Below are positions 1 to 8,319 of a DNA stretch of 64,000 nt, one piece after another (position 1 is the stretch's first letter; every line of letters starts with the position of its first letter). Source of the DNA: an uncultured virus (IMG/VR IMGVR_UViG_3300017991_000098) (Duplodnaviria > Heunggongvirae > Uroviricota > Caudoviricetes); the IMG/VR virus record IMGVR_UViG_3300017991_000098, one strand, 5' to 3'. The notes beneath the pieces are model-generated. The model saw only the letters and a program-made list of their open reading frames with translations. It was not told the origin of the DNA and did no database searches. A program made the position numbers and the translations under genes.

Positions 1-224
1 ACAACAATGACACCAAATTGGGCACCCACGGCGACAGTATGGTCGAACAGCTCCTGCACCTGATCCGGCGTGGCGCTGGTGGCAATGTCGATATCCTTTG
101 GTTCAACACCCAAGAGAAAATCGCGGACACACCCACCAGCCATATATGCCTCATACCCCGCATCATGCAGGGTTAGCATGATCTTCTTGGCATAAATCTT
201 GGGTACAGACGATTTTAACGTCAT
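1..224 (-). CDS. cca: CCA-adding enzyme / poly(A) polymerase family nucleotidyltransferase (5' part; runs off window)
   Basis: Manual translation from ATG at 224: MTLKSSVPKIYAKKIMLTLHDAGYEAYMAGGCVRDFLLGVEPKDIDIATSATP. This has the class II NTase motif GGxVRD...DxD, with a GAGGGG RBS upstream. Confidence 0.85.
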   Translation of the reverse strand, partial: MTLKSSVPKIYAKKIMLTLHDAGYEAYMAGGCVRDFLLGVEPKDIDIATSATPDQVQELFDHTVAVGAQFGVIV

Positions 225-232
225 GCTTCCCC

Positions 233-709
233 TCACAGATGTTGGAACTTGTTGACGTCGATGGTGCGGACAGCAATCCCATAGTAGTTGGCTTCTGAGG
301 TCCATTCCTCATATTCAATGGCCATCCTTGAAATGACCTCTGGTGGAACGCCGTGGGTATTGCGGCCAATGCAGACCTTGATCGCCTCTACCGTCTTCAC
401 CGCAAACTCGACGATTTCGATCTCATAACCAGCAAGGTTAGCGGCCTCTACGTAGTTGATAAACTCCCAAATGTGGATATTGGTGTTGTCAACCACAATG
501 AGTTCCGCACCTTCATTGAGGAGCATCAGAAACTGGTGCATGCAATCTGCATGCGCCATACCAATGCGTGAAGGATCAAACTTATACTCGCCATCCACCA
601 CAAAGAAGTTGTCAGCCGATACCAACTTGGATGGCCTGAAATGGTTGCTGGCATATACGGACTTGCCACTGCCTGACGGCCCACGCAAAATGACGACCTT
701 GCCGCTCAT
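233..709 (-). CDS. P-loop kinase, AAA_33 / polynucleotide-kinase-like
   Basis: Likely start MSGKVVILRGPSGSGKS (Walker A); also SAD, IVVDNTN and RNTHGVP motifs typical of N4BP2/PNK-like kinases. Confidence 0.8.
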   Translation of the reverse strand: MSGKVVILRGPSGSGKSVYASNHFRPSKLVSADNFFVVDGEYKFDPSRIGMAHADCMHQFLMLLNEGAELIVVDNTNIHIWEFINYVEAANLAGYEIEIVEFAVKTVEAIKVCIGRNTHGVPPEVISRMAIEYEEWTSEANYYGIAVRTIDVNKFQHL

Positions 710-1167
710 GCTTCCTCCTTCTTGCCCAAACCGAGCCTCTCCCTTAGCTCCACGTGCCACTTGTCATCATAATCATACAGCACGACGTTTGGCTGTTCTG
801 TTATCTCTCCACCCAGTTCGTTCTCTAAGCACTCCTTATACATCCTGACGGAGAAAGTGCTGTAGATAATAAAGACAGCATTGGGATGGTCCTCTGCCTG
901 CCTCGCCAATTCGGCAAAGTGTGAGGCGACAGTGTCTTCACATCCATACGTCATGCCACCAAAGTCGAAGAGATAGACGTCGAACGGCTTGTTCTTCAAC
1001 TGGTATGGGAAGATGTCCCTCTCGAAGGACAGGTCGAATTCGACCATGACATCCTGAAGTTCCTCTTCGATAGCGTCGTATTCGGCACCCTGGTCGTTGT
1101 CATGAACACATGACGCCATGGGGTCCGTACACATAACTACTCGTAGTTTGTCCTTTTTATCAGACAC
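706..1167 (-). CDS. Hypothetical protein, possibly degenerate receiver-like fold
   Basis: 153-aa ORF overlapping its neighbours; FDVYLFDFGG resembles receiver strand beta3. Confidence 0.5.
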   Translation of the reverse strand: MSDKKDKLRVVMCTDPMASCVHDNDQGAEYDAIEEELQDVMVEFDLSFERDIFPYQLKNKPFDVYLFDFGGMTYGCEDTVASHFAELARQAEDHPNAVFIIYSTFSVRMYKECLENELGGEITEQPNVVLYDYDDKWHVELRERLGLGKKEEA

Positions 1168-1598
1168 GCCTCTTCTCCTTCTCTGCCGGCATTCTCCATA
1201 AAAACTTCATAATCAACGCACTCTAGATCAATGTCGTAATTCTTGGGCAGACCGACGTATACTACCTTGCTACCGGCCTTGAGTGCATTGACAAAAACTT
1301 CCTGATGCCAGCCAGAATGGTTTGGTCTAGCTATCAAGACTGTGTGGTCTGGCCGAAACGGGTATTCTATGGCGCACACGCCATATGACACATCGGCGAG
1401 TGGGCACCTCCGTTCCATAATGTCGATACCAATTACGTGCGAGTGCAGGCTACTGAGTAAACCCACACCACACCCACAGTCTATAATGAGCTTTTCAGCC
1501 CCCAACCACTCAGAGAAAGCGGCCGTGGGCTGAAAGAAGATCATGTCTGGCAACTGCACCAATAGGCCTTGATCGGCCATCACGGAGTAGATACTCAT
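1137..1598 (-). CDS. SAM-dependent methyltransferase-like protein
   Basis: IIDCGCGVG (motif I) followed by VIGID. Confidence 0.6.
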   Translation of the reverse strand: MSIYSVMADQGLLVQLPDMIFFQPTAAFSEWLGAEKLIIDCGCGVGLLSSLHSHVIGIDIMERRCPLADVSYGVCAIEYPFRPDHTVLIARPNHSGWHQEVFVNALKAGSKVVYVGLPKNYDIDLECVDYEVFMENAGREGEEACLIKRTNYE

Positions 1599-2488
1599 AG
1601 GTTGAGTACCCTCGGATTAGTGATTGCCTTCTCGAGCGCGGCGAAGCTAGTCTGAAACCTCTCTGTATCCCTGTCACCAAGAACCTCAGCATACCGTGCA
1701 ACACGATCCCGAAGTGCGGCAACCTGCTGTGTACGGTGGAGGGTCCACCGCTCTGTGGCCTCATCATCTCCGGCCTTAACCTTCTCAATATCCTCATCAA
1801 GCTTCTTCATGACGGCCCCAATCTCTTCCACGAGGCCACCACGTACAGCCTGCCGAGTAGAATCAACGTTGGGAATCGGCAGGTGTTCAAGTGTTGAATT
1901 ACCAAGCTGTGATACCAGAGACGAAACCTTCACCACGAGATCATGGAACACGGCAGGTACGTAGTATACCCCACCCTGCTGCCGCAGGCACACAATGTCA
2001 GCATGGCTGGAAAAGATGCGCTGAATAAGCCGAGTGATGTCGGATGATCGGAACTTGGTCTTTTCATCTTCAAAAAGTTCTGCCAAGCGGTTACAGATGT
2101 CGTCTGGTCCCTGAATGGCAGCGCGGAAGTTGCGGTCCTTCCTGTAATCAGATTTGTTGATGGTTATGGTTGCCTCACGGTTATATTCAAGAACCATGTC
2201 ATCTTCAGCCTTGCTCTCTGCGGTGAACTGATAAACCATAATGCCTGCGTTTTCTTCCACCGGACGGATAATGCGGTTTTCTTCCATGAACTTTAGGGCG
2301 CGTTTGAAGGCACTCAAGTAACTGTGTTCACGAGCAAAACTGCCAGGTAGCCCAACCGATTCAAGAAGCACTATGAGTTGTTGACGCTGGATCTGAACAT
2401 TTCGGACGTTCCAATACACAATCTCGCCAAGGGCGTTTTCGCACCCTTCCAGTGTTGCTACTAACTGTGCTTTTTGCATTGTAGTCAT
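1595..2488 (-). CDS. Conserved hypothetical protein (DUF6744/DUF3150-like)
   Basis: 297 aa; GEIVYW N-terminus and LRQQGGVYYVP motif. Confidence 0.55.
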   Translation of the reverse strand: MTTMQKAQLVATLEGCENALGEIVYWNVRNVQIQRQQLIVLLESVGLPGSFAREHSYLSAFKRALKFMEENRIIRPVEENAGIMVYQFTAESKAEDDMVLEYNREATITINKSDYRKDRNFRAAIQGPDDICNRLAELFEDEKTKFRSSDITRLIQRIFSSHADIVCLRQQGGVYYVPAVFHDLVVKVSSLVSQLGNSTLEHLPIPNVDSTRQAVRGGLVEEIGAVMKKLDEDIEKVKAGDDEATERWTLHRTQQVAALRDRVARYAEVLGDRDTERFQTSFAALEKAITNPRVLNL

Positions 2489-2503
2489 CTTGGGTCCTTC
2501 CGA

Positions 2504-3226
2504 TTAAAGTTGTAGAGTGCGAACGCCCATACAGGCGAACTGGCTCACAACTTGGTTGTTTGCACTGGAAGCTTGACTTCCAATATTGTTGAGAAGCTCT
2601 TCAAACTCGGCAGGCGGGGTCACATCCTCATCCTCGTCGTTGAATAGCTTGCGGACACCCATGGCCCCGAAGTTGACAACCTGAACAGCAGCCGCCACGA
2701 CCTCAGCAAGACGCTTGAGATAATTGCGCACACCACGAACAAAATTGCTGCTGGTCTTGCGTTTGTTGCCGAACGTCATGGTTTCACCACGCTCAACCAC
2801 ACCACCAGTGATCTCAAAAGACTCGGATTTGGAAAGAAGAAGACGAGTGATGGTCTTCTTCCATGAATTGAGGATCTCCACATACACATACTGGGTGGGA
2901 TCGTATTCAATAAGCTCTGTCATGGTCTTGCCGTCGAGGGAGACGAAGAGTAGCTTGGAGATTTTGTTCTGGTGGCCAAGATCATCGGCGGTCTTCTTCT
3001 CCTGGTCAAGCTCTTCCTCGGAAACGAGCTTATAACCCTTCTTTTCCTTTTCTCTGATCTTGCGGTTGACGAAGGACTGCGCCTTTGACTGATTGGTAAA
3101 GTTCTTGGTCTGCTCATCACCGGCAAGACCGACTCGCCCCCACTTTATATGAACCTCGGTGGGACTGAGGTACTCATATTCCCAAAACTTGTTATGTTGT
3201 GCGTCATTGTTGAGATATTTTGGCAT
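2504..3226 (-). CDS. WGR-domain protein
   Basis: NKFWE...VHIKWGRVG...KIREKEKKGY. Confidence 0.8.
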   Translation of the reverse strand: MPKYLNNDAQHNKFWEYEYLSPTEVHIKWGRVGLAGDEQTKNFTNQSKAQSFVNRKIREKEKKGYKLVSEEELDQEKKTADDLGHQNKISKLLFVSLDGKTMTELIEYDPTQYVYVEILNSWKKTITRLLLSKSESFEITGGVVERGETMTFGNKRKTSSNFVRGVRNYLKRLAEVVAAAVQVVNFGAMGVRKLFNDEDEDVTPPAEFEELLNNIGSQASSANNQVVSQFACMGVRTLQL

Positions 3227-3229
3227 GAT

Positions 3230-3493
3230 TTACTCCTTGTCGGCAGGTACCGGGATTCCATTGGCCTTAAGCCATTCAACCTCGGCATCGAGGGCCTCTT
3301 GACGCTTCTCGAATGGGCCAAGAACCGGACCTTCAACAGGGCTCAAATCAGCACCCCAACCGCCATCCTCGTGAGGCTCCACGTGACTAGCTCGACGAAC
3401 CTTTGCCTTGCCTTGATCCATAAGGCCAGTGAGGGCATCTGAGTAGATAAATCGCGCCTGACCACCCTTGATGACAATCTGCATTTCTTGCAT
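3230..3493 (-). CDS. Conserved small protein of Ycf46/DUF1257 clusters
   Basis: RRASHVEP...WGADLSPVEGPVLGPF..RQEALDAEVEWL motif; genomic context. Confidence 0.6.
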   Translation of the reverse strand: MQEMQIVIKGGQARFIYSDALTGLMDQGKAKVRRASHVEPHEDGGWGADLSPVEGPVLGPFEKRQEALDAEVEWLKANGIPVPADKE

Positions 3494-3526
3494 GTTAAAG
3501 CTCCAGTTTTCGGTGTTCTGGTTTAA

Positions 3527-3584
3527 AATGGGGCCTGCCGGTGTCGGGCAGTTGGGAAGGAGTGAGGGTTCGGCAGGCCCCGTT
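3527..3584 (-). terminator. GC-rich inverted repeat, putative terminator or RNA stem
   Basis: AATGGGGCCTGCCG ... CGGCAGGCCCCGTT in an intergenic gap, followed by a T-run on the minus strand. Confidence 0.45.
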
Positions 3585-3591
3585 CCCTCAC

Positions 3592-3798
3592 TTAAAACTC
3601 GCCGCCAACTCCAACGGTATCGTCCTGGCCTTCTTCCTGCTCCCAGAACTCGTCCTTGGTCTCACTTTCGACCTCCGTGCCCAACGCTTCCTGGAGGCGC
3701 TTGGTGACGTCCTTACAGCTAGGACCCTTGATACCATTGACATCGATCGTTGTCTTACCGTCTTTGGCAATGATGACTTTGATTTCTTCAGCGGACAT
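3592..3798 (-). CDS. DUF2997 family protein
   Basis: IKVIIAKDGKTTIDVNGIKGPSCKDVTKRLQEALG; adjacent to DUF1257. Confidence 0.75.
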   Translation of the reverse strand: MSAEEIKVIIAKDGKTTIDVNGIKGPSCKDVTKRLQEALGTEVESETKDEFWEQEEGQDDTVGVGGEF

Positions 3799-3825
3799 AT
3801 CTTCTCCTCATTTTCGAGTGAAATA

Positions 3826-4242
3826 TTAATACTTACGCAGGGTGATGGTAGTTTCTCCAGTGTTGTCGTTGACTTCCTCGTCGTACATCCACCCATCATT
3901 CAATGCCATATCCTGCACCTCTTTGCGTACTACCTCTTTGGTATACTCATTGATGAGGTACTGACAGCCTGGGCCAACTAGTGCCTGTAGACCCATGCCA
4001 CCACGGTAGTTGTCCCACTTAAAGCAATATGTGCCTTCTTCGGTGTCTTGAAAACACACACCGATTTCATAGGCCATGCTGTTATCAGGAACTCCGATGG
4101 CGTGTTCGCAGTCACCATCTTTGTGACCATACCATTTGAACTTCTTCTTGAATTTCTGAAAGTTAAGACCAAGCTTATTGCAAGCCTGTTCAAGAGATTC
4201 AAGGTCCTTTATGGTAACATCAACAACAGTAATATGACTCAT
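3826..4242 (-). CDS. DUF1257 (Ycf35-like) protein, paralog 1
   Basis: MSHITVVDVTIKDLESLEQACNKLGL...YEIGV...WD; GGAGG RBS upstream. Confidence 0.75.
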   Translation of the reverse strand: MSHITVVDVTIKDLESLEQACNKLGLNFQKFKKKFKWYGHKDGDCEHAIGVPDNSMAYEIGVCFQDTEEGTYCFKWDNYRGGMGLQALVGPGCQYLINEYTKEVVRKEVQDMALNDGWMYDEEVNDNTGETTITLRKY

Positions 4243-4348
4243 TTTCTGTCCTCCGTACGAGTCGAAATTGACTACCACAAAATAGCAATGGCTGTGCCAG
4301 CGAAGGTACAGCCGGTTGTATACTCAGATATTATGAAGACAGACAACC

Positions 4349-4864
4349 CTATCTCTCTGACATATCTCCTTGATCATCCTGACATTTCTCTTTGAACTTA
4401 TCCTTGGCGATCCGGAACTTGCCATCGCAAGAGTGACAAGAAATGATGGTATCAACGTCTTTTGATACTTCATGAGCCCGAGACACATTGCAGTGTGGGC
4501 ATGCCACAAAAATTGTGCAGGCGTTGGTTAGTATCCTGGGCTTTGTCTGTTTATGCTCAGGTATAAGCCCATTCTTGCGCTTTTCTTCTGCATGCTCCAA
4601 TTCCATATCAAGAAAACGCTGACCGAGCATATCTAAAAAGGTTCTCTGAAACAAATTCAGATTTTCACCGTTGTCTCTCTTCTCCTTCAAATCATCGATT
4701 ATATCTCCGGCCCTAGAGATCAAAAGCATCGAATCTTTCATAGGCAAATTAGCAAGCTCTTGCGCTAACTGCTCTGGACTACTGTCCATAACATCTTGCA
4801 TCATGGCATGGCCAAGCGTGTCAACGTTCAGTTCACCGCTGATTAATTTACCTATGAGAGACAT
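4349..4864 (-). CDS. Hypothetical protein with C-terminal zinc ribbon
   Basis: CPHC...CHSC; start overlaps upstream stop (TAATG). Confidence 0.6.
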   Translation of the reverse strand: MSLIGKLISGELNVDTLGHAMMQDVMDSSPEQLAQELANLPMKDSMLLISRAGDIIDDLKEKRDNGENLNLFQRTFLDMLGQRFLDMELEHAEEKRKNGLIPEHKQTKPRILTNACTIFVACPHCNVSRAHEVSKDVDTIISCHSCDGKFRIAKDKFKEKCQDDQGDMSER

Positions 4865-5322
4865 TAATACCTCCGAAGCGTGATGGTCGTTTCGCCAGTC
4901 TCACCATTGTATGATTCATCGACCATCCACCCGTCTTCGATGGCCATCTCATTCACCTCGGCTCGAGCAGCTTCCTTTGAATACTCATTGATGAGGTTGT
5001 CGCACTCATTACCGACAACATTTTGGAGCCCATACCCACCACCCCAGAAGTCCCACAAAAGACAGAATCCTTCTTGCCCGTCCCGGCGTTCACAGACTCC
5101 GATCTCGTAAGCCCTGTTGTTGCCCTTGACACGAAGTGCGTGAGCACATTTGCCCATGTCCTCTTTATTAAAACCATTAGGTAAAGGGTAATCACCAACA
5201 TGCCGACCATACCACTTGAATTTGGTTTGACCCTCGATAAATTCCAAGCCGAGTGTCTCACACGCCTTCTTGAGGGCTTCGAGGTTCTTAATCTGGACGT
5301 CTACGACCACGACATGACTCAT
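4864..5322 (-). CDS. DUF1257 (Ycf35-like) protein, paralog 2
   Basis: MSHVVVVDVQIKNLEALKKACETLGL...YEIGV...WDFW; clearly homologous to 3826-4242. Confidence 0.75.
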   Translation of the reverse strand: MSHVVVVDVQIKNLEALKKACETLGLEFIEGQTKFKWYGRHVGDYPLPNGFNKEDMGKCAHALRVKGNNRAYEIGVCERRDGQEGFCLLWDFWGGGYGLQNVVGNECDNLINEYSKEAARAEVNEMAIEDGWMVDESYNGETGETTITLRRY

Positions 5323-5346
5323 TTTGTGTATCTCTCCTTATCGTTG

Positions 5347-5582
5347 CAGTTATCCCGCGTGCGCGGAGTACATGTTTACGCCTTCCTGATCGCAGTGTCG
5401 GCTACCCATCTTCCCACGCGTGTTCGGAGCGCATTCATTTGTATTGGTCTGGAATGTCCCCATCTTTCCACGGAGCGTGAAGCTTGTAAACCCCATCTTT
5501 CCACGCGTGCGCGGAGCGCATTTCGGTGTCGCTCTTCAGCACGGAATACTCATCCATCTTTCCACGCGTGCGCGGAGCGCAT
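5347..5582 (-). CRISPR. CRISPR mini-array 1 (5 repeat units, 2 degenerate)
   Basis: +strand repeat CATCTT(C/T)CCACGCGTGCGCGGAGCGCAT at 5407-5434, 5494-5521 and 5555-5582; degenerate copy 5347-5373; internally deleted copy at 5461. Spacers 33, 26, ~16 and 33 nt. Confidence 0.9.
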
Positions 5583-5636
5583 ATTTGGTTAGTGAGTGAT
5601 TCCTCCTCACCATAAGGACCTGATGGAAGACCCCAT
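5583..5636 (-). ncRNA. Conserved array-proximal leader/scaffold element, copy 1
   Basis: Minus strand ATGGGGTCTTCCATCAGGTCCTTATGGTGAGGAGGAATCACTCACTAACCAAAT; near-identical copies precede all four arrays; two predicted hairpins. Confidence 0.7.
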
Positions 5637-5643
5637 AAAACAA

Positions 5644-6342
5644 TCATGAATCTTGTTTGTCTTCATATTGCTTAATGAAATTCTTGACGAAACTGAGTCG
5701 AGTTCCGATCAAACGCTTTGGATCATCTGGATCACGAAAATAAAAAGCAGCACCAGAACCACGTGGCACAACCTTTATGCAATCGGAGCCCTGAATATCG
5801 ACATAAGTTTCATCACCGACAGCACGAGTTTCTGACCGAATACGGCTGCGAACACGTTTAATCTTCAGCCTGCGTTCACGCAGTCGTTTATCTTCAATGA
5901 TCTTAATTTGCTCATCTACCGACGCGATCTTGGAGAATCCCCTTGGCAGCAATCTTGCCCATTCTGGATGCAGTACCTGGGAGGCTGGTTTGACCAACCT
6001 CTGTCCATCCACCGTAACAACAGTGACATCAATGTTGTTGATAATGTCGGCGGATGTGTCAGAATCAATCCGAGAAATCATGTGATCATCGAGACCGCAA
6101 ACGGACATAATGGCCTCATTGATTTCACCATTGCCGATTCGGCTCAATACCTTAAAACGAACCCTCGTCATGCCGCGTACGTTGCAAACATGATCTCGGA
6201 ACTTTTTGAACTCCCCAGTGTTAAGCAGCCCCTCCCATTTAACGATGATGCCGCCGAGTGCACGATAACCATCATGAATGGCAGTCAAACACTCATCAAA
6301 TTCTGCGCAAGCTTGTTCCAATTGTCCCATCGTTGCTGTCAT
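5644..6342 (-). CDS. Hypothetical protein embedded between CRISPR arrays 2 and 1
   Basis: 232-aa ORF with GGGAGAG RBS; no recognised motif. Confidence 0.7.
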   Translation of the reverse strand: MTATMGQLEQACAEFDECLTAIHDGYRALGGIIVKWEGLLNTGEFKKFRDHVCNVRGMTRVRFKVLSRIGNGEINEAIMSVCGLDDHMISRIDSDTSADIINNIDVTVVTVDGQRLVKPASQVLHPEWARLLPRGFSKIASVDEQIKIIEDKRLRERRLKIKRVRSRIRSETRAVGDETYVDIQGSDCIKVVPRGSGAAFYFRDPDDPKRLIGTRLSFVKNFIKQYEDKQDS

Positions 6343-6350
6343 AATCTCTC

Positions 6351-6612
6351 CCTTCGTTCGTGTGCGCGGAGCGCATGTCTTCTAGCGTTTTGCCTCATTC
6401 TGACCATCTTCCCACGCGTGCGCGGAGCGCATGCGTTCTTGCGCAACTTCTCCAAATCACTCTCATCTTCCCACGCGTGCGCGGAGCGAATCCCTGCACC
6501 ATCTTGCGCTCTTTCTCCGTAACCATCTTCCCACGCGTGCGCGGAGCGCATAGGAACCTATTTGGTGGCGACATCTACAACGCCCATCTTCCCACGCGTG
6601 CGCGGAGCGCAT
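6351..6612 (-). CRISPR. CRISPR mini-array 2 (4 intact repeats + 1 degenerate terminal repeat)
   Basis: Repeats at 6405-6432, 6464-6491, 6524-6551 and 6585-6612; degenerate copy ending 6376. Spacers 28, 31, 32 and 33 nt. Confidence 0.93.
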
Positions 6613-6666
6613 ATTTGGTTAGTGAGCGATTGCTCCTCACCATAAGGACCTGATGGAAAGGCCCCA
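6613..6666 (-). ncRNA. Conserved leader/scaffold element, copy 2
   Basis: Minus strand TGGGGCCTTTCCATCAGGTCCTTATGGTGAGGAGCAATCGCTCACTAACCAAAT, starting 8 nt after the stop codon of the Cas12f-like gene. Confidence 0.7.
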
Positions 6667-6674
6667 CAAAATAA

Positions 6675-7955
6675 TTATGCGGCTTCGCCGCTCATCTCGT
6701 CAACGCTCTTCGTCTTAACAAATGAGAGGCCGTGCTCCTGACACTTATGCTCAAGGAAAGTCAAAAACTGGTAATATGTCCAGTCACCCAGCATCTTGAT
6801 CGGACCCACCTCACACAGGTCAGTAATTCTGATGCCCTCGCACTTGCGTTTGATGGCTTCTTGAACAATGGCATGAGTGCGCTGGTGGTTCCAAGTTTTC
6901 TGGAAATTTTCACGTTTTGTGCGAAGATTATCATACGCCTTCATGGCTCGTTTACGACCCCTGCCATGCCGCGCAGTTTGCCGTCCATCACAGCGGAATG
7001 AATTACTCATGCTGAGCCGGCGCTTCTCGAATTGAACCATCTTGCGCCTCACATCTTCCCATGGCAACCGCCATTTCCAATTTGGATTATCAGACGGTGC
7101 GGCACACAGAAAGATATTTGGATCATCATCGACCCAAATATCAAAAGTCCTGCCTTCAACAGCCTTATGATTCTTAACAGGAACCTGGGCATTGAATACT
7201 GCATACCACTCGTCCTTATTGCCCTTCCTGTGACGTACAAATTTAATTTGTGGAACGTCGAGATTGCTGTCGATGAATACATCGATAAATTGTTTGATCT
7301 CTGTATTCTTATGATTCCAACTGCATGGGATTAACATCCTGGTGCTTTCGCGCCTGCCGGATTGCACAGCCTCTTTGCTGAACATTGTAACAGTGAGTAC
7401 ATAATTATCACCATCACGTTTGAGTGACCATGTTCTGGCATTCTGATCAAAAGATTTATCGCTGTGCCTGCTTACACCACGTGTTCCATCCACCAAGATG
7501 CCCTTGCGCTCAGTCTTATAGCGGCTGGCTGCTGATTGCTTGGCGACCTGAATCATCCCAGAAGCAATGTCCGGACACTCATCATGCAGTGTCCTAATGA
7601 TTTTAGAGACTTCACTCTTAATCACCTCCTTGCTTGGTAGTGGAAGCGAAGAAGCCCAAGAGGGTGCCTTCCTATTATTATCAATTGCATCTTTGATACG
7701 ACTATTCACAGCAGCGATTTCATCTGGGTTATAAACAGTATCGATTCGCCCCCACATTTGCAAAAAGCGATTCATAACAAAACGATAGTTTTTTGCGATC
7801 TCACGGAATGTCTTGTACTCATCGCCTTTCAAGTGTAACTTGATCTTGATGGCTTTTGGGGCCAAGTGGGTCCTGCAACAACGACCATTACCAAAAGACA
7901 CTGTCTTTTGGGTTTTTACTTCTTTGTTACAGATAAAACACTGAATTGTGCCCAT
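6675..7955 (-). CDS. Cas12f/TnpB-family protein, predicted nuclease-dead
   Basis: C-terminal HGRGRKR...LRTKRENFQKTWNHQRTHAIVQEAIKRKCEGIRITDL...LGDWTYYQFLTFLEHKCQEHGL matches the Cas12f bridge-helix/RuvC-II pattern. RuvC-I GIDLG appears replaced by FDIWVD and RuvC-II EDL reads TDL; no C-terminal CxxC finger or RuvC-III. N-terminal CxxC...CCxxH; flanked by arrays. Confidence 0.85.
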   Translation of the reverse strand: MGTIQCFICNKEVKTQKTVSFGNGRCCRTHLAPKAIKIKLHLKGDEYKTFREIAKNYRFVMNRFLQMWGRIDTVYNPDEIAAVNSRIKDAIDNNRKAPSWASSLPLPSKEVIKSEVSKIIRTLHDECPDIASGMIQVAKQSAASRYKTERKGILVDGTRGVSRHSDKSFDQNARTWSLKRDGDNYVLTVTMFSKEAVQSGRRESTRMLIPCSWNHKNTEIKQFIDVFIDSNLDVPQIKFVRHRKGNKDEWYAVFNAQVPVKNHKAVEGRTFDIWVDDDPNIFLCAAPSDNPNWKWRLPWEDVRRKMVQFEKRRLSMSNSFRCDGRQTARHGRGRKRAMKAYDNLRTKRENFQKTWNHQRTHAIVQEAIKRKCEGIRITDLCEVGPIKMLGDWTYYQFLTFLEHKCQEHGLSFVKTKSVDEMSGEAA

Positions 7956-7986
7956 ATCACTTTCTCCTTATCCACACAGTATACGA

Positions 7987-8045
7987 CCATTTTCCATTGC
8001 TGGTTGGTGAGACCACCTCACCATATGGGACAAATGGAGCCCCAT
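7987..8045 (-). ncRNA. Diverged fifth scaffold copy with repeat remnant, upstream of the cas-like gene
   Basis: Minus strand ATGGGGC-TCCATTT-GTCCCAT, then TGGTGAG-GTGGT-CTCACCA, then ACCAGCAATGGAAAATGG: the same two hairpins with compensatory changes. Confidence 0.6.
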
Positions 8046-8072
8046 GAAATCATCAAAAAATCCCCACATCGG

Positions 8073-8243
8073 CATCTTCCCACGCGTGCGCGGAGCGCAT
8101 GAGATCTCACTCTCCTTACACAGGCAAAAGCACATCTTCCCACGCGTGCGCGGAGCGCATGGGGTATTAATATTGACCATCTTCCCACGCGTGCGCGGAG
8201 CGCATGGTCATCTTCATTCATGTCACGCGTGCGCGGAGCGCAT
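8073..8243 (-). CRISPR. CRISPR mini-array 3 (3 intact repeats + 1 partial)
   Basis: Repeats at 8073-8100, 8133-8160 and 8178-8205; partial 8224-8243. Spacers 32, 17 and ~18 nt. Confidence 0.9.
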
Positions 8244-8295
8244 ATTTGGTTAGTGATTCCTCCTCACCATAAGGACCTGATGGAAAAGACCCCAT
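8244..8295 (-). ncRNA. Conserved leader/scaffold element, copy 3
   Basis: Same element with a 4-nt deletion in hairpin 2; TATAAT at 8299-8304 (minus strand) just upstream. Confidence 0.65.
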
Positions 8296-8319
8296 AATAT
8301 TATATACCCAAATGGTAAA

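Noticed and set aside
6492..6523. Array-2 spacer shares ACCATCTTGCGC with the cas-like gene near 7036-7047
   Set aside because: Only a 12-nt match with dissimilar flanks; insufficient for a self-targeting claim.
6675..7955. IS200/IS605 or CAST (Cas12k) transposon interpretation
   Set aside because: No tnpA, serine recombinase or tnsB/C/tniQ is recognisable in the window, and no transposon ends were seen.
8161..8177. 17-nt spacer shares AATATTAATAC with about 3822-3832
   Set aside because: Only an 11-nt AT-rich match, which is expected by chance in 64 kb.
5200..8253. Small ORFs overlapping the arrays (e.g. 5435-5647, 6339-6551, 7968-8180, 8044-8253)
   Set aside because: They are translations of repeats and spacers (MRSAHAW, CAPRTRGK) with no independent coding evidence.
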